Sequence record: DRR723986_8204
Length of the DNA: 34,958 bases
Reading direction: 5' to 3' (one strand)
This document shows, one piece after another, positions 17,423 to 26,220 of this stretch. Within the stretch, counting starts at the first letter, position 1; each line of letters begins with the position of its first letter. Made by a program: the position numbers and the translations under genes. Under the pieces are notes generated by a model. It saw only the letters and a program-made list of their open reading frames with translations, was not told the DNA's origin and did no database searches.

Positions 17423-19186
17423 TTACAGCACCACCGCGCGAACCAGAACGATGAAGTTCTCTCGCATGGTGGAAAGGTTGCGCGAACCACCGGCCAGCAG
17501 TGGGGCTTGTTCAGTCAGCTTGCGCTCGGTAAAGCCGGACACATCGCGTGACAGGCCCGTGATGGCCATCACTTCGCCAGGGCGGAGTGCAATGGTGTAT
17601 TGATCAGAAATGCTGCTGGTGTTGGGTGTTTGAACCCGTTGCAGGGTCTCGCCCGTGCCTGTGGTAATTTCAAGCAGGCTGGTCAGGTCAGACAGGCTGA
17701 TGCCCATTTTCAGCATGATGGTGTTGTTGTCCAGAATAAACGGCATGGCCGCGAACTGGTCGCCGGTCGTGATTTCATCGGTGGTCAAGCCGGGTACACC
17801 TGTGCCGCCGCCCAAAGCACCGGAGGAGGCGGGTTTCGTTTCTGACAAATAACCCGTGGTGGTCAGCCGTGCCTTGCGTGCCCACTGCCTGTTCAAAGCC
17901 ACCAGAGAAATGGGGCGATGTTGAACATTGTCGCCAATTTCATTGAGAGCCTGCACAATGGCCGAGCTGGCACCAAAACGCTGATTGGTCGGGTTGTTGG
18001 GTGGGTTTTGGCCGGGAATGAAACCTTGCAAGGCCTCAGGAATGGTCAGGGCAATCAAACCTGCCTCAGGAGCCACCAGTGATTCGGGCGACAACACGCC
18101 AATGCCGTAGCGCTGGGACAGGCTTCTGAAAAACACATCCCAGTTCACGCCCTGTTGGTCATCTTTCTTGGACATCACCGAGTAAATGTCGAGCTGCACA
18201 TGCACCTGTTTCAACATGTTTGCATTCTCGGTGCGGATGAGATCGCGCACTTGGGTTTGCATGTCACGGCTTGTTTTCACCATGACACGGCCGGTGCCCT
18301 CGGCCACAATCACTTCAGAGCCAGGCACCGAGGCAACCATGCGGTTGATCACTTCCAGTATGCTGGCCTGGCCGTCAATTTTCCCTTTTTCCGACACGCT
18401 CAAGTTCGAATTGCTTTGCACTTCATTGCCTCGCACGCGGCCTTGCGTACCGCTGCTCATGGCGTATTCATAGCCATTGGGAAAAGAGGCCAGTTCGTAC
18501 ATGGCGGTGGTGTAGCGCATGATGACAATGGAGTTGTCGCGGTACTCCCAGGACAAACCCAGTTTGTCAGTGGTGGTGTTCAGAAAATCAATCAGTGTGC
18601 CGTCCCAGTTCATGGCCACGGAACCTACAGTGGTTCGGGGTGCCAGGGCCACACTGTCGACTGCGACTGGCGTGGATGCCGGTGGTGGTGCTTCGGCTGG
18701 CGCGCTCACCGGCGGCAACTGGCGTGCGCCGCGGCGGGGTTCGGCGCTGACCGGGGCGTTGAACACATCTTGTTGAATCCGAACGGGAATACCGACCATT
18801 TGGGTCAAGCGGGCTGCCACCGTATTCAAATCCACGGGGCGGCCTTTGTCCGCAAAATTCATTTTGTAGGTTTCATGAAAAATCGCTGGCAACTTGTCGT
18901 CGTCATTCACATGCACGAACGTGCCGCCAATCCAGCTTTTGCTGGCGCGTTTCAGCACCTTGGCATTTTGTTGTTGCCTGGCTTGTTCTTCGGCGTATTG
19001 TCGACCACCGCGAAATGAACCATTGGTTGGCAAGCTGGTGTTGACCTGTTCCACTTTGCGCAAGCCATTGTCATTGTCAGCCTCTACTTCAGCCCTGATT
19101 TGCGGGCCTGTGCAGGCTGTTGTACCAAGGCTTAGCATGGCCACAATTGCCGCGCATATCCATGTTCTGTTGGGTGGTGTCTTCAT
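17423..19186 (-). CDS. pilN: Type IVb pilus secretin (PilN/BfpB family lipoprotein)
   Basis: Lipoprotein-like signal (TTAC); WDGTLIDFLN...GLSW, QVHVQLDIYSV, GVNWD, and the C-terminal secretin region. Confidence 0.88.
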   Translation of the reverse strand: MKTPPNRTWICAAIVAMLSLGTTACTGPQIRAEVEADNDNGLRKVEQVNTSLPTNGSFRGGRQYAEEQARQQQNAKVLKRASKSWIGGTFVHVNDDDKLPAIFHETYKMNFADKGRPVDLNTVAARLTQMVGIPVRIQQDVFNAPVSAEPRRGARQLPPVSAPAEAPPPASTPVAVDSVALAPRTTVGSVAMNWDGTLIDFLNTTTDKLGLSWEYRDNSIVIMRYTTAMYELASFPNGYEYAMSSGTQGRVRGNEVQSNSNLSVSEKGKIDGQASILEVINRMVASVPGSEVIVAEGTGRVMVKTSRDMQTQVRDLIRTENANMLKQVHVQLDIYSVMSKKDDQQGVNWDVFFRSLSQRYGIGVLSPESLVAPEAGLIALTIPEALQGFIPGQNPPNNPTNQRFGASSAIVQALNEIGDNVQHRPISLVALNRQWARKARLTTTGYLSETKPASSGALGGGTGVPGLTTDEITTGDQFAAMPFILDNNTIMLKMGISLSDLTSLLEITTGTGETLQRVQTPNTSSISDQYTIALRPGEVMAITGLSRDVSGFTERKLTEQAPLLAGGSRNLSTMRENFIVLVRAVVL

Positions 19187-19189
19187 GTT

Positions 19190-19897
19190 TTATCGGCACT
19201 CTTCTTTTTGATCGCCCAAGCGGGTAATGCGAAGCAATGGCGGCTCATTGTTGTAAACGCAGGCTTCCAAGGGGTACTCGCTGTTCTTGATTCCCGGTGT
19301 TTCCAGAACCTGCTCGACTGCATGTTCAAAGGTGCCTGAGAAGGTGGTGCCCGCTGCAATCATCACGTAGCGGTCGGCGTCCCAGCGGAATGTGTAACCC
19401 GCTTCTTTGGCCCATCGGCGAATCGCTTTGTCCAGTCGGCCATCCTCTACTCGCAACTCCCATTGAATGGCACGCGGTGTCACCACCAGTCTTGCACTGT
19501 CCTGTTTCACTGGCAGCGCCGCCAATTGCTCGGCTTCCCGAATGACTTTGGGTGGCAGGTCCACAATGAACACATCGGAGGAGGGGGCTTGCATGGCCAG
19601 CTGTATATTGCTGGTTTTGTTGAGCGCAGCACTGGGGGATTTGGGCTCAAGGCTGGGTTGCGCAACCACGGTAAAGCTTCGTGCCTGCGGCCCAGGGTCG
19701 GGTGCGTCGTTCCTGGCCAGTTCTACATTGCGTGACAGCAACTCATCGGCAAAGTACGGGAGTGCTTCTTCATGTTTCGCGATGACGGCCGTGTAGGCAG
19801 GCGCCTGCATGGCAACAGTGGCACTTGTCTCCCCACTCGTTTCCCCGGTTGTGTTCCATGCCATCAGCACAATGGCAAGACCAAGAGCAAATTCCAT
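19190..19897 (-). CDS. pilL: PilL/TcpQ-domain protein
   Basis: C-terminal W....GRLDKAIRRWAKEAGYTFRWD...FSGTFEHAVEQV TcpQ-domain pattern; first gene of the cluster. Confidence 0.78.
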   Translation of the reverse strand: MEFALGLAIVLMAWNTTGETSGETSATVAMQAPAYTAVIAKHEEALPYFADELLSRNVELARNDAPDPGPQARSFTVVAQPSLEPKSPSAALNKTSNIQLAMQAPSSDVFIVDLPPKVIREAEQLAALPVKQDSARLVVTPRAIQWELRVEDGRLDKAIRRWAKEAGYTFRWDADRYVMIAAGTTFSGTFEHAVEQVLETPGIKNSEYPLEACVYNNEPPLLRITRLGDQKEECR

Positions 19898-20044
19898 ATT
19901 CGTTCTACCTTCTTCGTATGGATCGGTTTTCAGCGAGTTTGCAAATTTTAATAATTCGAATATACATCAATATACGAAATAATTTCTTTTGCAGCAATCC
20001 CAAAAATTATTCTGCTGCGTCAGGGGGTTGTAGTCAGTGACAAA

Positions 20045-20521
20045 TCAATCTTGATAGATTGCATCAAGCCATTGATTGCCTTCATGCGGGCTGTAATGAA
20101 CCAGCAGGTAAGCCGCTGTCTCAAGCACTGCAAGACTGCAGGCCTGGGTTTCGTCGAAGGCTTCCTGATTGATCGCGTCGTATTCGTAAATACACACTTT
20201 CAACAGTTCGCCGATCAGGCGAGGCGTGGATTCGATGGTTTTGATCTTTGGCCGCAACTCGGAATGGGCTTTCATCAGACCACGGAAGTAGTGCCAGGTT
20301 GTGCCTTCTGTCTCAGCAAGGCCTCGAAGGATGAACGGCAGACTAAGGTTCAGAAGGCCATTGTCCTCAATGTGCGCAGCCAATTCGCTGTATGCACAGT
20401 CGCATGGATCGACCGGATGGTGTGCCCTGAAATAAGCAATATTGTTTGCGATCGATGTGCCCGAGGAGAGGCTTGCAAGCGTTGCTGCCGTACTCTCGAA
20501 TGGCTTTGTTTGTGCGACCAT
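20045..20521 (-). CDS. Hypothetical protein
   Basis: 158-aa ORF with plausible composition, co-oriented with the pil cluster; no recognised motif. Confidence 0.55.
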   Translation of the reverse strand: MVAQTKPFESTAATLASLSSGTSIANNIAYFRAHHPVDPCDCAYSELAAHIEDNGLLNLSLPFILRGLAETEGTTWHYFRGLMKAHSELRPKIKTIESTPRLIGELLKVCIYEYDAINQEAFDETQACSLAVLETAAYLLVHYSPHEGNQWLDAIYQD

Positions 20522-20896
20522 ATTTTTTATTGTTCACTCGTTGAGTTAATGAATACTTGCCCGAATTTATTGTGCGAACAAGTGTTGACTGAACAAATGT
20601 TTGGAAAAAATCACATTTTTTGTCATTTCATGTAACAGTACCTACAAAAATTGCGACAAATTCTAAGTATCCACATGAGGTGATCATCAAAGATCCATGA
20701 TTTATAAAGAGATTAATTTCCTTTTATATTTCATTCTCGTGATAAATTTGTTGCAAATTCCTGTAGTCCTCTCTGAGCTTTTTTCGGTCTTTTGCCGTTT
20801 CTAGATGTATTCAGAACCCTCCCACCCAGATTCCTCTCAATGCTCAACGAAATCAATCGCATCAAAGGGTGGGGGTGGGGGGTAAAAAGGAGGGGA

Positions 20897-21898
20897 TTAT
20901 CGTGACAATACCACCCTAAAGCGGGGGCTACCGTTGCGTACCTTCTCAATCGCTTCATTGATCTGCTCGAAGCGGTAGGTTTCTACAATCGGCTGTATGT
21001 TGTGCAAGGCTGCGAATTTCAGCATGTCGGCAATCACGCGTGGGCTGCCCACTGGCGAGGATGAAATGGTGCGTTGCTGGCCCATCAATCCAAACACGCC
21101 GATGTCCAGAGGTTCCAGCACTGCACCCAGAAAATGCAAACGCCCTTTGGGTGCCAATGTAGAAATGTAGGCATTCCAGTCCAGTTTCACATTCACAGTC
21201 GACAAAATCAGGTCGAATGAACCCGCTGCCTTTTTCAGGGCGTCAGGATCTTTGCTGTTGAGCACGTGGTGTGCGCCCATGCTTTTCAGTTCATTGGTTT
21301 TGGAGGGGTCGCTGCTGAATGCAGTGACTTCGCAGCCCCAGGCTTTGAGAAACATTACCGCCATGTGGCCCAAACCGCCCACGCCGATCACCGCCACTTT
21401 GCTTTGCGGTGAAATATTGAATTGCACAAGCGGGTTGTAAACGGTGATGCCACCGCACAGCAGCGGGCCTGCGGTTGCCGGGTTGACACCTGCGGGAATT
21501 TTTACCGCGCTGATGGCTTGAGCGCGTACTTTGTCAGCAAACCCGCCATGACGACCAACAATGGTGCCTTTGGCTGTGCTGCACAGGTTGTGATCGCCAC
21601 CCATGCACATTCTGCAACTTTCGCAGTAGCCTGCATGCCAGCCAAGGCCCACGACATCACCCAATACAAGGTGGCTGACATGGCTGCCCAATTTGCTCAC
21701 GCGACCAATAATTTCATGGCCAGCCACCATGGGGTATTGGGCGCGGCCCCAGTCGTTGTCGAGCATGCTGACATCGCTGTGGCAAATGCCGCAGTGGTCG
21801 ACATCGATTTCGATATCAAATGCACCCAGTTCACCGGGGTCGTACTGATAGGGTTTGAGTGGGCCTTTGGCCTCGAAAGCTGCGTAAGCGTTGATCAT
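20897..21898 (-). CDS. ahr: Zn-dependent NADPH aldehyde reductase (Ahr/YjgB, CAD family)
   Basis: CGICHSD, GHEIIG, structural-Zn CESCRMC..C, PLLCGGITV, GVGGLGH. Confidence 0.9.
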   Translation of the reverse strand: MINAYAAFEAKGPLKPYQYDPGELGAFDIEIDVDHCGICHSDVSMLDNDWGRAQYPMVAGHEIIGRVSKLGSHVSHLVLGDVVGLGWHAGYCESCRMCMGGDHNLCSTAKGTIVGRHGGFADKVRAQAISAVKIPAGVNPATAGPLLCGGITVYNPLVQFNISPQSKVAVIGVGGLGHMAVMFLKAWGCEVTAFSSDPSKTNELKSMGAHHVLNSKDPDALKKAAGSFDLILSTVNVKLDWNAYISTLAPKGRLHFLGAVLEPLDIGVFGLMGQQRTISSSPVGSPRVIADMLKFAALHNIQPIVETYRFEQINEAIEKVRNGSPRFRVVLSR

Positions 21899-21923
21899 GA
21901 TGTCTCCTTGAGTTTGCTTGATG

Positions 21924-21956
21924 GTATTACACCTTCGACAGTAGTATGTAGGTCAA
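21924..21956 (-). promoter_or_regulatory. MerR-type promoter upstream of ahr
   Basis: Minus strand TTGACC-N19-TGTAAT with an ACCT...AGGT dyad across the spacer. Confidence 0.5.
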
Positions 21957-21987
21957 AGTAATAATCAGAACAATCAGGAGACAAGAC

Positions 21988-24105
21988 TTGCAAACCCATC
22001 GCCGCGCCTGCCATTTGTGTGAAGCCATTTGTGGCTTGAAGATCGAGGTAGACAACAATCAGATTGTTTCAATCAAGGGCGATGAGCAAGACCCCTTTAG
22101 CCGTGGGCACATTTGCCCCAAGGCAGTGGCTCTGAAGGATATTCAGGAAGACCCCGACCGTTTAAAGCAACCGGTTAAAAAAGTGAACGGGCAATGGGTA
22201 GAAACCACCTGGGAAGACGCTATTGAGTTGGCCTGTGAAGGGTTGTTTCAGGTGCAGCAAAAATATGGTGCCAATGCCGTGGGTGTTTATCAGGGCAACC
22301 CGAATGTGCACAACTGGGGTTTGATGACCCACAGTGCCAATTTTCTGGGGTTGCTGAAAACACGCAACCGTTTTTCAGCCACCTCGGTTGATCAGTTGCC
22401 CATGCAGCTGTTGGGTTACTGGATGTTTGGGCACCAACTGCTCATCACCATCCCGGACATTGACCACACCCAATATTTCCTGATGCTGGGGGCCAATCCG
22501 ATCGCTTCGAACGGTAGCTTGATGACTGTGCCCGATGTGGCCAAACGCATCAAGGCCCTCCAGGCGCGCGGCGGAAAGCTGATCGTGATTGATCCTCGAA
22601 AGACTGAAACCGCCGAGGTGGCTGATGCGCATCATTTCATCAGGCCTGCCAGCGATGCGGCTTTTGTGTTCGCACTTATCAACACCATTGTGGAGGAGGG
22701 CCTGACCCGCATGGATCGCCTGGCCCACCACAGTGAGGGTTTGTTTGCGGCTTTGGGCGCGATTTCAAAGGTGACGCCTGAAGTGGCGCAGGCCGAGTGT
22801 GGTATTGACGCGGACACCATTCGCCAAATTGCGCGTGATTTTGCGAATGCCGGAAAGGCGGTGGCGTATGGCCGCATGGGCGCCTGTACCCAACGCCATG
22901 GCACCTTGGCGCAGTGGGGTATTCAGTTGCTGAACTTTGTGACGGGCAACACCGACCGGGTTGGAGGAAGCCTGGTGGCCAACCCTGCGCTAGACCTGAT
23001 TGCCGCGCCCAACAGCAAGCCCGGCAGTTATGGCCGCTGGCACAGCCGGGTCAGCCAAAAGCCTGAGGCGCTGGGTGAGTTTCCCAGTGCCATCATGGCT
23101 GAAGAAATTCAAACCGGGGGCGAGGGACAAATCAAGGCCATGGTGATCGTTGCGGGCAACCCTGTGTTGTCTACACCCAATGGCCAGCAGCTTGACAAGG
23201 CTTTGGCGGGGCTTGAGTTCATGGTGTCCGTGGACCTGTACATCAATGAAACGAATCGCCATGCGGATGTGATTTTGCCCACCACATCGCCTCTTGAGCA
23301 TGATCACTACGATTTGATTTTCAATATTTTCGGTGTGCGTAACCAGGCCAAGTACAGCGCGGCCACCTTGCCAAAACCACAAGGAAGCCTGGACGACTGG
23401 GAACTGATGGACAAACTGGCCGCCTGCTACAGCGAAAAGATTGGCAAACCTGCTCGGCCTTCCATGCCGCCTCAAATGATTCTCGACATGGGTTTGCAAA
23501 TGGGGCCCTATGGCATGGCCAGTGAGCAAAAGCTGAGTCTGGACAAATTAAAACAGCACCCCGAAGGCGTTGACTTGGGGCCGCTTCGCCCCAGTTTTCC
23601 AGACCGCTTGCAAACCGCTGACAAAAAAATTCAGCTGGCACCTGCGGAAGTGCTACAGGCCGCAGCAAATTATGTGGCCGACTTGCTGAATGACGACAAG
23701 CGGGCAGGTGCTGAAATGATGTTGATTGGGAGGCGCCACATTCGCAGCAACAATTCCTGGATGCACAACTCCGAGCGCCTGGTCAAAGGCAAGAACCGCT
23801 GCACCGCCATGGTCAACCCTGCGGATGCTGCGCGTTTGAATTTGCAGGACGGCTACAACGTGCGTGTGCGCAGCCGAGTGGGTGAAATTACATTGCCTGT
23901 AGAAATTTCAAATGACGTAATGCCCAGCGTGGTGAGTATTCCGCACGGTTGGGGCCACGACAAATCGGGGGTACGTTTGCAAGTGGCAGCCGCCCACGCG
24001 GGGGTTAGTTGCAATGATTTGACCGATGAGCAATGGCTGGATGAGCCCAGTGGGAACGCCGCAGTCAACGGCGTGCCCGTAACACTCATTCCTGTGGCGC
24101 AATAA
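21988..24105 (+). CDS. Molybdopterin (bis-MGD) oxidoreductase with an N-terminal 4Fe-4S site
   Basis: CHLCEAICG...GHICPKA, GANPIASNGS, ADVILP, and C-terminal RSNNSWMHN / VVSIPHGWGH; TTG start after GGAG; no Tat signal. Confidence 0.92.
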   Translation: MQTHRRACHLCEAICGLKIEVDNNQIVSIKGDEQDPFSRGHICPKAVALKDIQEDPDRLKQPVKKVNGQWVETTWEDAIELACEGLFQVQQKYGANAVGVYQGNPNVHNWGLMTHSANFLGLLKTRNRFSATSVDQLPMQLLGYWMFGHQLLITIPDIDHTQYFLMLGANPIASNGSLMTVPDVAKRIKALQARGGKLIVIDPRKTETAEVADAHHFIRPASDAAFVFALINTIVEEGLTRMDRLAHHSEGLFAALGAISKVTPEVAQAECGIDADTIRQIARDFANAGKAVAYGRMGACTQRHGTLAQWGIQLLNFVTGNTDRVGGSLVANPALDLIAAPNSKPGSYGRWHSRVSQKPEALGEFPSAIMAEEIQTGGEGQIKAMVIVAGNPVLSTPNGQQLDKALAGLEFMVSVDLYINETNRHADVILPTTSPLEHDHYDLIFNIFGVRNQAKYSAATLPKPQGSLDDWELMDKLAACYSEKIGKPARPSMPPQMILDMGLQMGPYGMASEQKLSLDKLKQHPEGVDLGPLRPSFPDRLQTADKKIQLAPAEVLQAAANYVADLLNDDKRAGAEMMLIGRRHIRSNNSWMHNSERLVKGKNRCTAMVNPADAARLNLQDGYNVRVRSRVGEITLPVEISNDVMPSVVSIPHGWGHDKSGVRLQVAAAHAGVSCNDLTDEQWLDEPSGNAAVNGVPVTLIPVAQ

Positions 24106-24124
24106 GTGCCGGGCTGACTGTCAA

Positions 24125-24874
24125 TCAGCACGCCTTTTTTTCCCACACGGTCATTTCCGCAATGCTGTGCTGGTATTTGCGGGCCGTTTCCCGAATCACA
24201 AACGGAACATTCAATGGCTCGCGAACCAGATTGAAATGGGGTGCAAGCACTTCTTGCATGCCTTCAAGCATGGTTTTGGGTTTGCCATGTTGTTCAATGC
24301 CGCCAATCCAGTTTTCTTTGGGTGTGTACTCGGTCAACAGCGTGTAGGGCGAGCTGATCACCAGCAAGCCGCCGGGCACAATGCGCTTTGGCATGTCGTT
24401 TAAGAACCCGGTGGGGTTGTTCACCCGGTCAATCAGGTTGCCTGCAAATATCAGGTCATAACCCGTGTGTTCCGCGCCCAGCTTGCAGGCGTCGCCCTGC
24501 GAAAATTCAACACGCTGGCTGCACTCGCTGTAATTGAAATTAGCAAGTGACACTTGCATGGCCCTGCCCAAATCACCCTCATCGTGCAAGAAGTAATTCA
24601 GCGTGTTGCCCTTTTGCAAGGCTTGGGTGGCGTCGATGAAACGTGCGGAAAGATCAACGCCCACGGCCGTATCAAAGCCCAAAGCCAGCTCGAAGGTACT
24701 TCGGCCAACGGCGCAGCCCAGGTCGAGTGCCTTGCGGCGTGGCCGATTGCCCATGAATTCCAGGCAAAGTTGAGCGCAGCGCACTGGGTAATTGGGAACA
24801 TCAAAATAGTCGACGCCATAGTGAAAGGCCAGGTACTGGTTTAATAGCTCGTCGGTTTCGTAAGGATTGGTCAT
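24125..24874 (-). CDS. SAM-dependent methyltransferase, OvoA C-terminal/OvsM type (putative mercapto/seleno-histidine N-methyltransferase)
   Basis: NPYETDELLNQYLAFHYG, ALDLGCAVGRSTFELA, QGDAC, NLIDR, SSPYT.L and VPFVIRETARKYQH all match the OvoA C-terminal methyltransferase pattern. Confidence 0.85.
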   Translation of the reverse strand: MTNPYETDELLNQYLAFHYGVDYFDVPNYPVRCAQLCLEFMGNRPRRKALDLGCAVGRSTFELALGFDTAVGVDLSARFIDATQALQKGNTLNYFLHDEGDLGRAMQVSLANFNYSECSQRVEFSQGDACKLGAEHTGYDLIFAGNLIDRVNNPTGFLNDMPKRIVPGGLLVISSPYTLLTEYTPKENWIGGIEQHGKPKTMLEGMQEVLAPHFNLVREPLNVPFVIRETARKYQHSIAEMTVWEKKAC

Positions 24875-24880
24875 AAAGCC

Positions 24881-26176
24881 TTATTGGGCACAGGTTCTGA
24901 AGCCGACGAATACATCGTTTCGGTCGGGCGTGTAGGCTTGGCGATAAGTGCCGCGAATGAGTATGGAAGAGGTTGCACAGGAGCCACCGCGCACCACTTT
25001 GTGGTCTCCGAATTGCAGGGTGGACATGAAGGGGTACATGTCCATGGTGAATCCGCTGTAAGGGAAAAACAGACTGTCGGTCCATTCCCAAACGGTGCCG
25101 ATCATTTGCCGGCATCCAAACGGGCTGTCTCCTTCGGGCAGGGCAGTCACCGGCAGCCTCGCAAGATGTGTGCTGTCCATGTCCACCCGGTGGCTTTCCA
25201 TGGTGTTGCCCCATGGAAACTTGTTGAAGGTGCCGTGTTCTCGATTGCCCAAGGCTGCCACTTCCCATTCAAACTCGGAAGGTAAGCGTCGCCCGGCAAA
25301 CTTGCAGTAGGCTTGTGCCTCCCAATAACTCACGTGTTTGACAGGCAGTTCGGCCTGAACAGGAAGCCATTGGTCGAAATGGCGCTCCAGCCAGATGCCG
25401 TTTTCCTCTTTCCAGAACAAGGGGTGTCTTGCTCTGTTGCTGTTGCGCCATTTCAGGCCCGCCATGCTCCAATACTGGTCGTTTTCATAGCCACCCGCCT
25501 GAATGAAAGTCAGAAACTCGGCATTGCTGACCAGTGTTCTGGAAATTTTGAAGGTTTTCATGTCAACAGTGAATTCGGGTTTTTCATTGTCGAAGCAGAA
25601 ATCTTCAGTCGCGAAATTCGCCGACTGCGAAGGCATGCCGATGCGGTACCGGCCCGCGGGTACTTCCACATCCTTGGAGTGAATGAGGTTGGTGTTTCTT
25701 GTGTCTGTGTGTTGCAACGAAGAGGGCGGCGGCGCATAGCCCAGGCTTTGGCGCGCCCACACCATCGACTCAATGTGCATGTTGAGGTGAAAAATGGCGT
25801 ACTTGTACAGGTACAAATCACTGTCGGTCAGTGGTTTGGTTTCAATTCGCTGTTTCACCTTGTTGAAGGTGTCGTCAAAGTAGCGGAGGGTGTCCGGTTT
25901 GTCCGGGAATAGCCCCTCGTGCCAGCGGTCCTCGTGAGCCAGTTCAAACGAGTCCCAGATATCGTCAAGCGCGGGGTTGTACGAGGAGGCTTTGTCCAGG
26001 TTCTGCAAAATAAACCGCTCGAAGAAAAAAGCGGCGTGCCCAACCTCCCAAATAGGCGGATTAATGCCCGGCAAATAGGGCACTTTGGTTTGCTGTGCAC
26101 TCAAGCTGTTGAGCAATTCAAGAACACGCTCACGGCTTTGTTGCAAAGAGGCGAGTAAGGATTGCTTGTTGTTCAT
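24881..26176 (-). CDS. Non-heme iron sulfoxide/selenoxide synthase (EgtB/SenA/OvsA family; DinB_2 + FGE-sulfatase domains)
   Basis: NPPIWEVGH and HLNMHIE three-His facial triad; FDNEKP, VSYWEAQAYCKFAGRRLPSEFEWE, GTVWEWT, VRGGS and GFRT FGE-like motifs. Confidence 0.88.
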   Translation of the reverse strand: MNNKQSLLASLQQSRERVLELLNSLSAQQTKVPYLPGINPPIWEVGHAAFFFERFILQNLDKASSYNPALDDIWDSFELAHEDRWHEGLFPDKPDTLRYFDDTFNKVKQRIETKPLTDSDLYLYKYAIFHLNMHIESMVWARQSLGYAPPPSSLQHTDTRNTNLIHSKDVEVPAGRYRIGMPSQSANFATEDFCFDNEKPEFTVDMKTFKISRTLVSNAEFLTFIQAGGYENDQYWSMAGLKWRNSNRARHPLFWKEENGIWLERHFDQWLPVQAELPVKHVSYWEAQAYCKFAGRRLPSEFEWEVAALGNREHGTFNKFPWGNTMESHRVDMDSTHLARLPVTALPEGDSPFGCRQMIGTVWEWTDSLFFPYSGFTMDMYPFMSTLQFGDHKVVRGGSCATSSILIRGTYRQAYTPDRNDVFVGFRTCAQ

Positions 26177-26220
26177 CGTGGTGGTACTACTAACGGATTA
26201 CAAACAATTATAGGCCACCC

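Noticed and set aside
13188-19018. Long plus-strand ORFs across the pil cluster
   Set aside because: Antisense shadows of well-supported pil genes.
20731-20958. 75-aa ORF and G-rich tract (GGGTGGGGGTGGGGGG) after ahr
   Set aside because: The ORF overlaps ahr out of frame and has no motif. The G tract could form a G4 or pair with CCCACCC upstream, but nothing supports a function.
21988-24105. Molybdoenzyme as a selenate/selenium-supply partner of the neighbouring synthase
   Set aside because: It is transcribed convergently, has no Tat signal or partner subunits, and belongs to a widespread stand-alone family; adjacency alone is not evidence.
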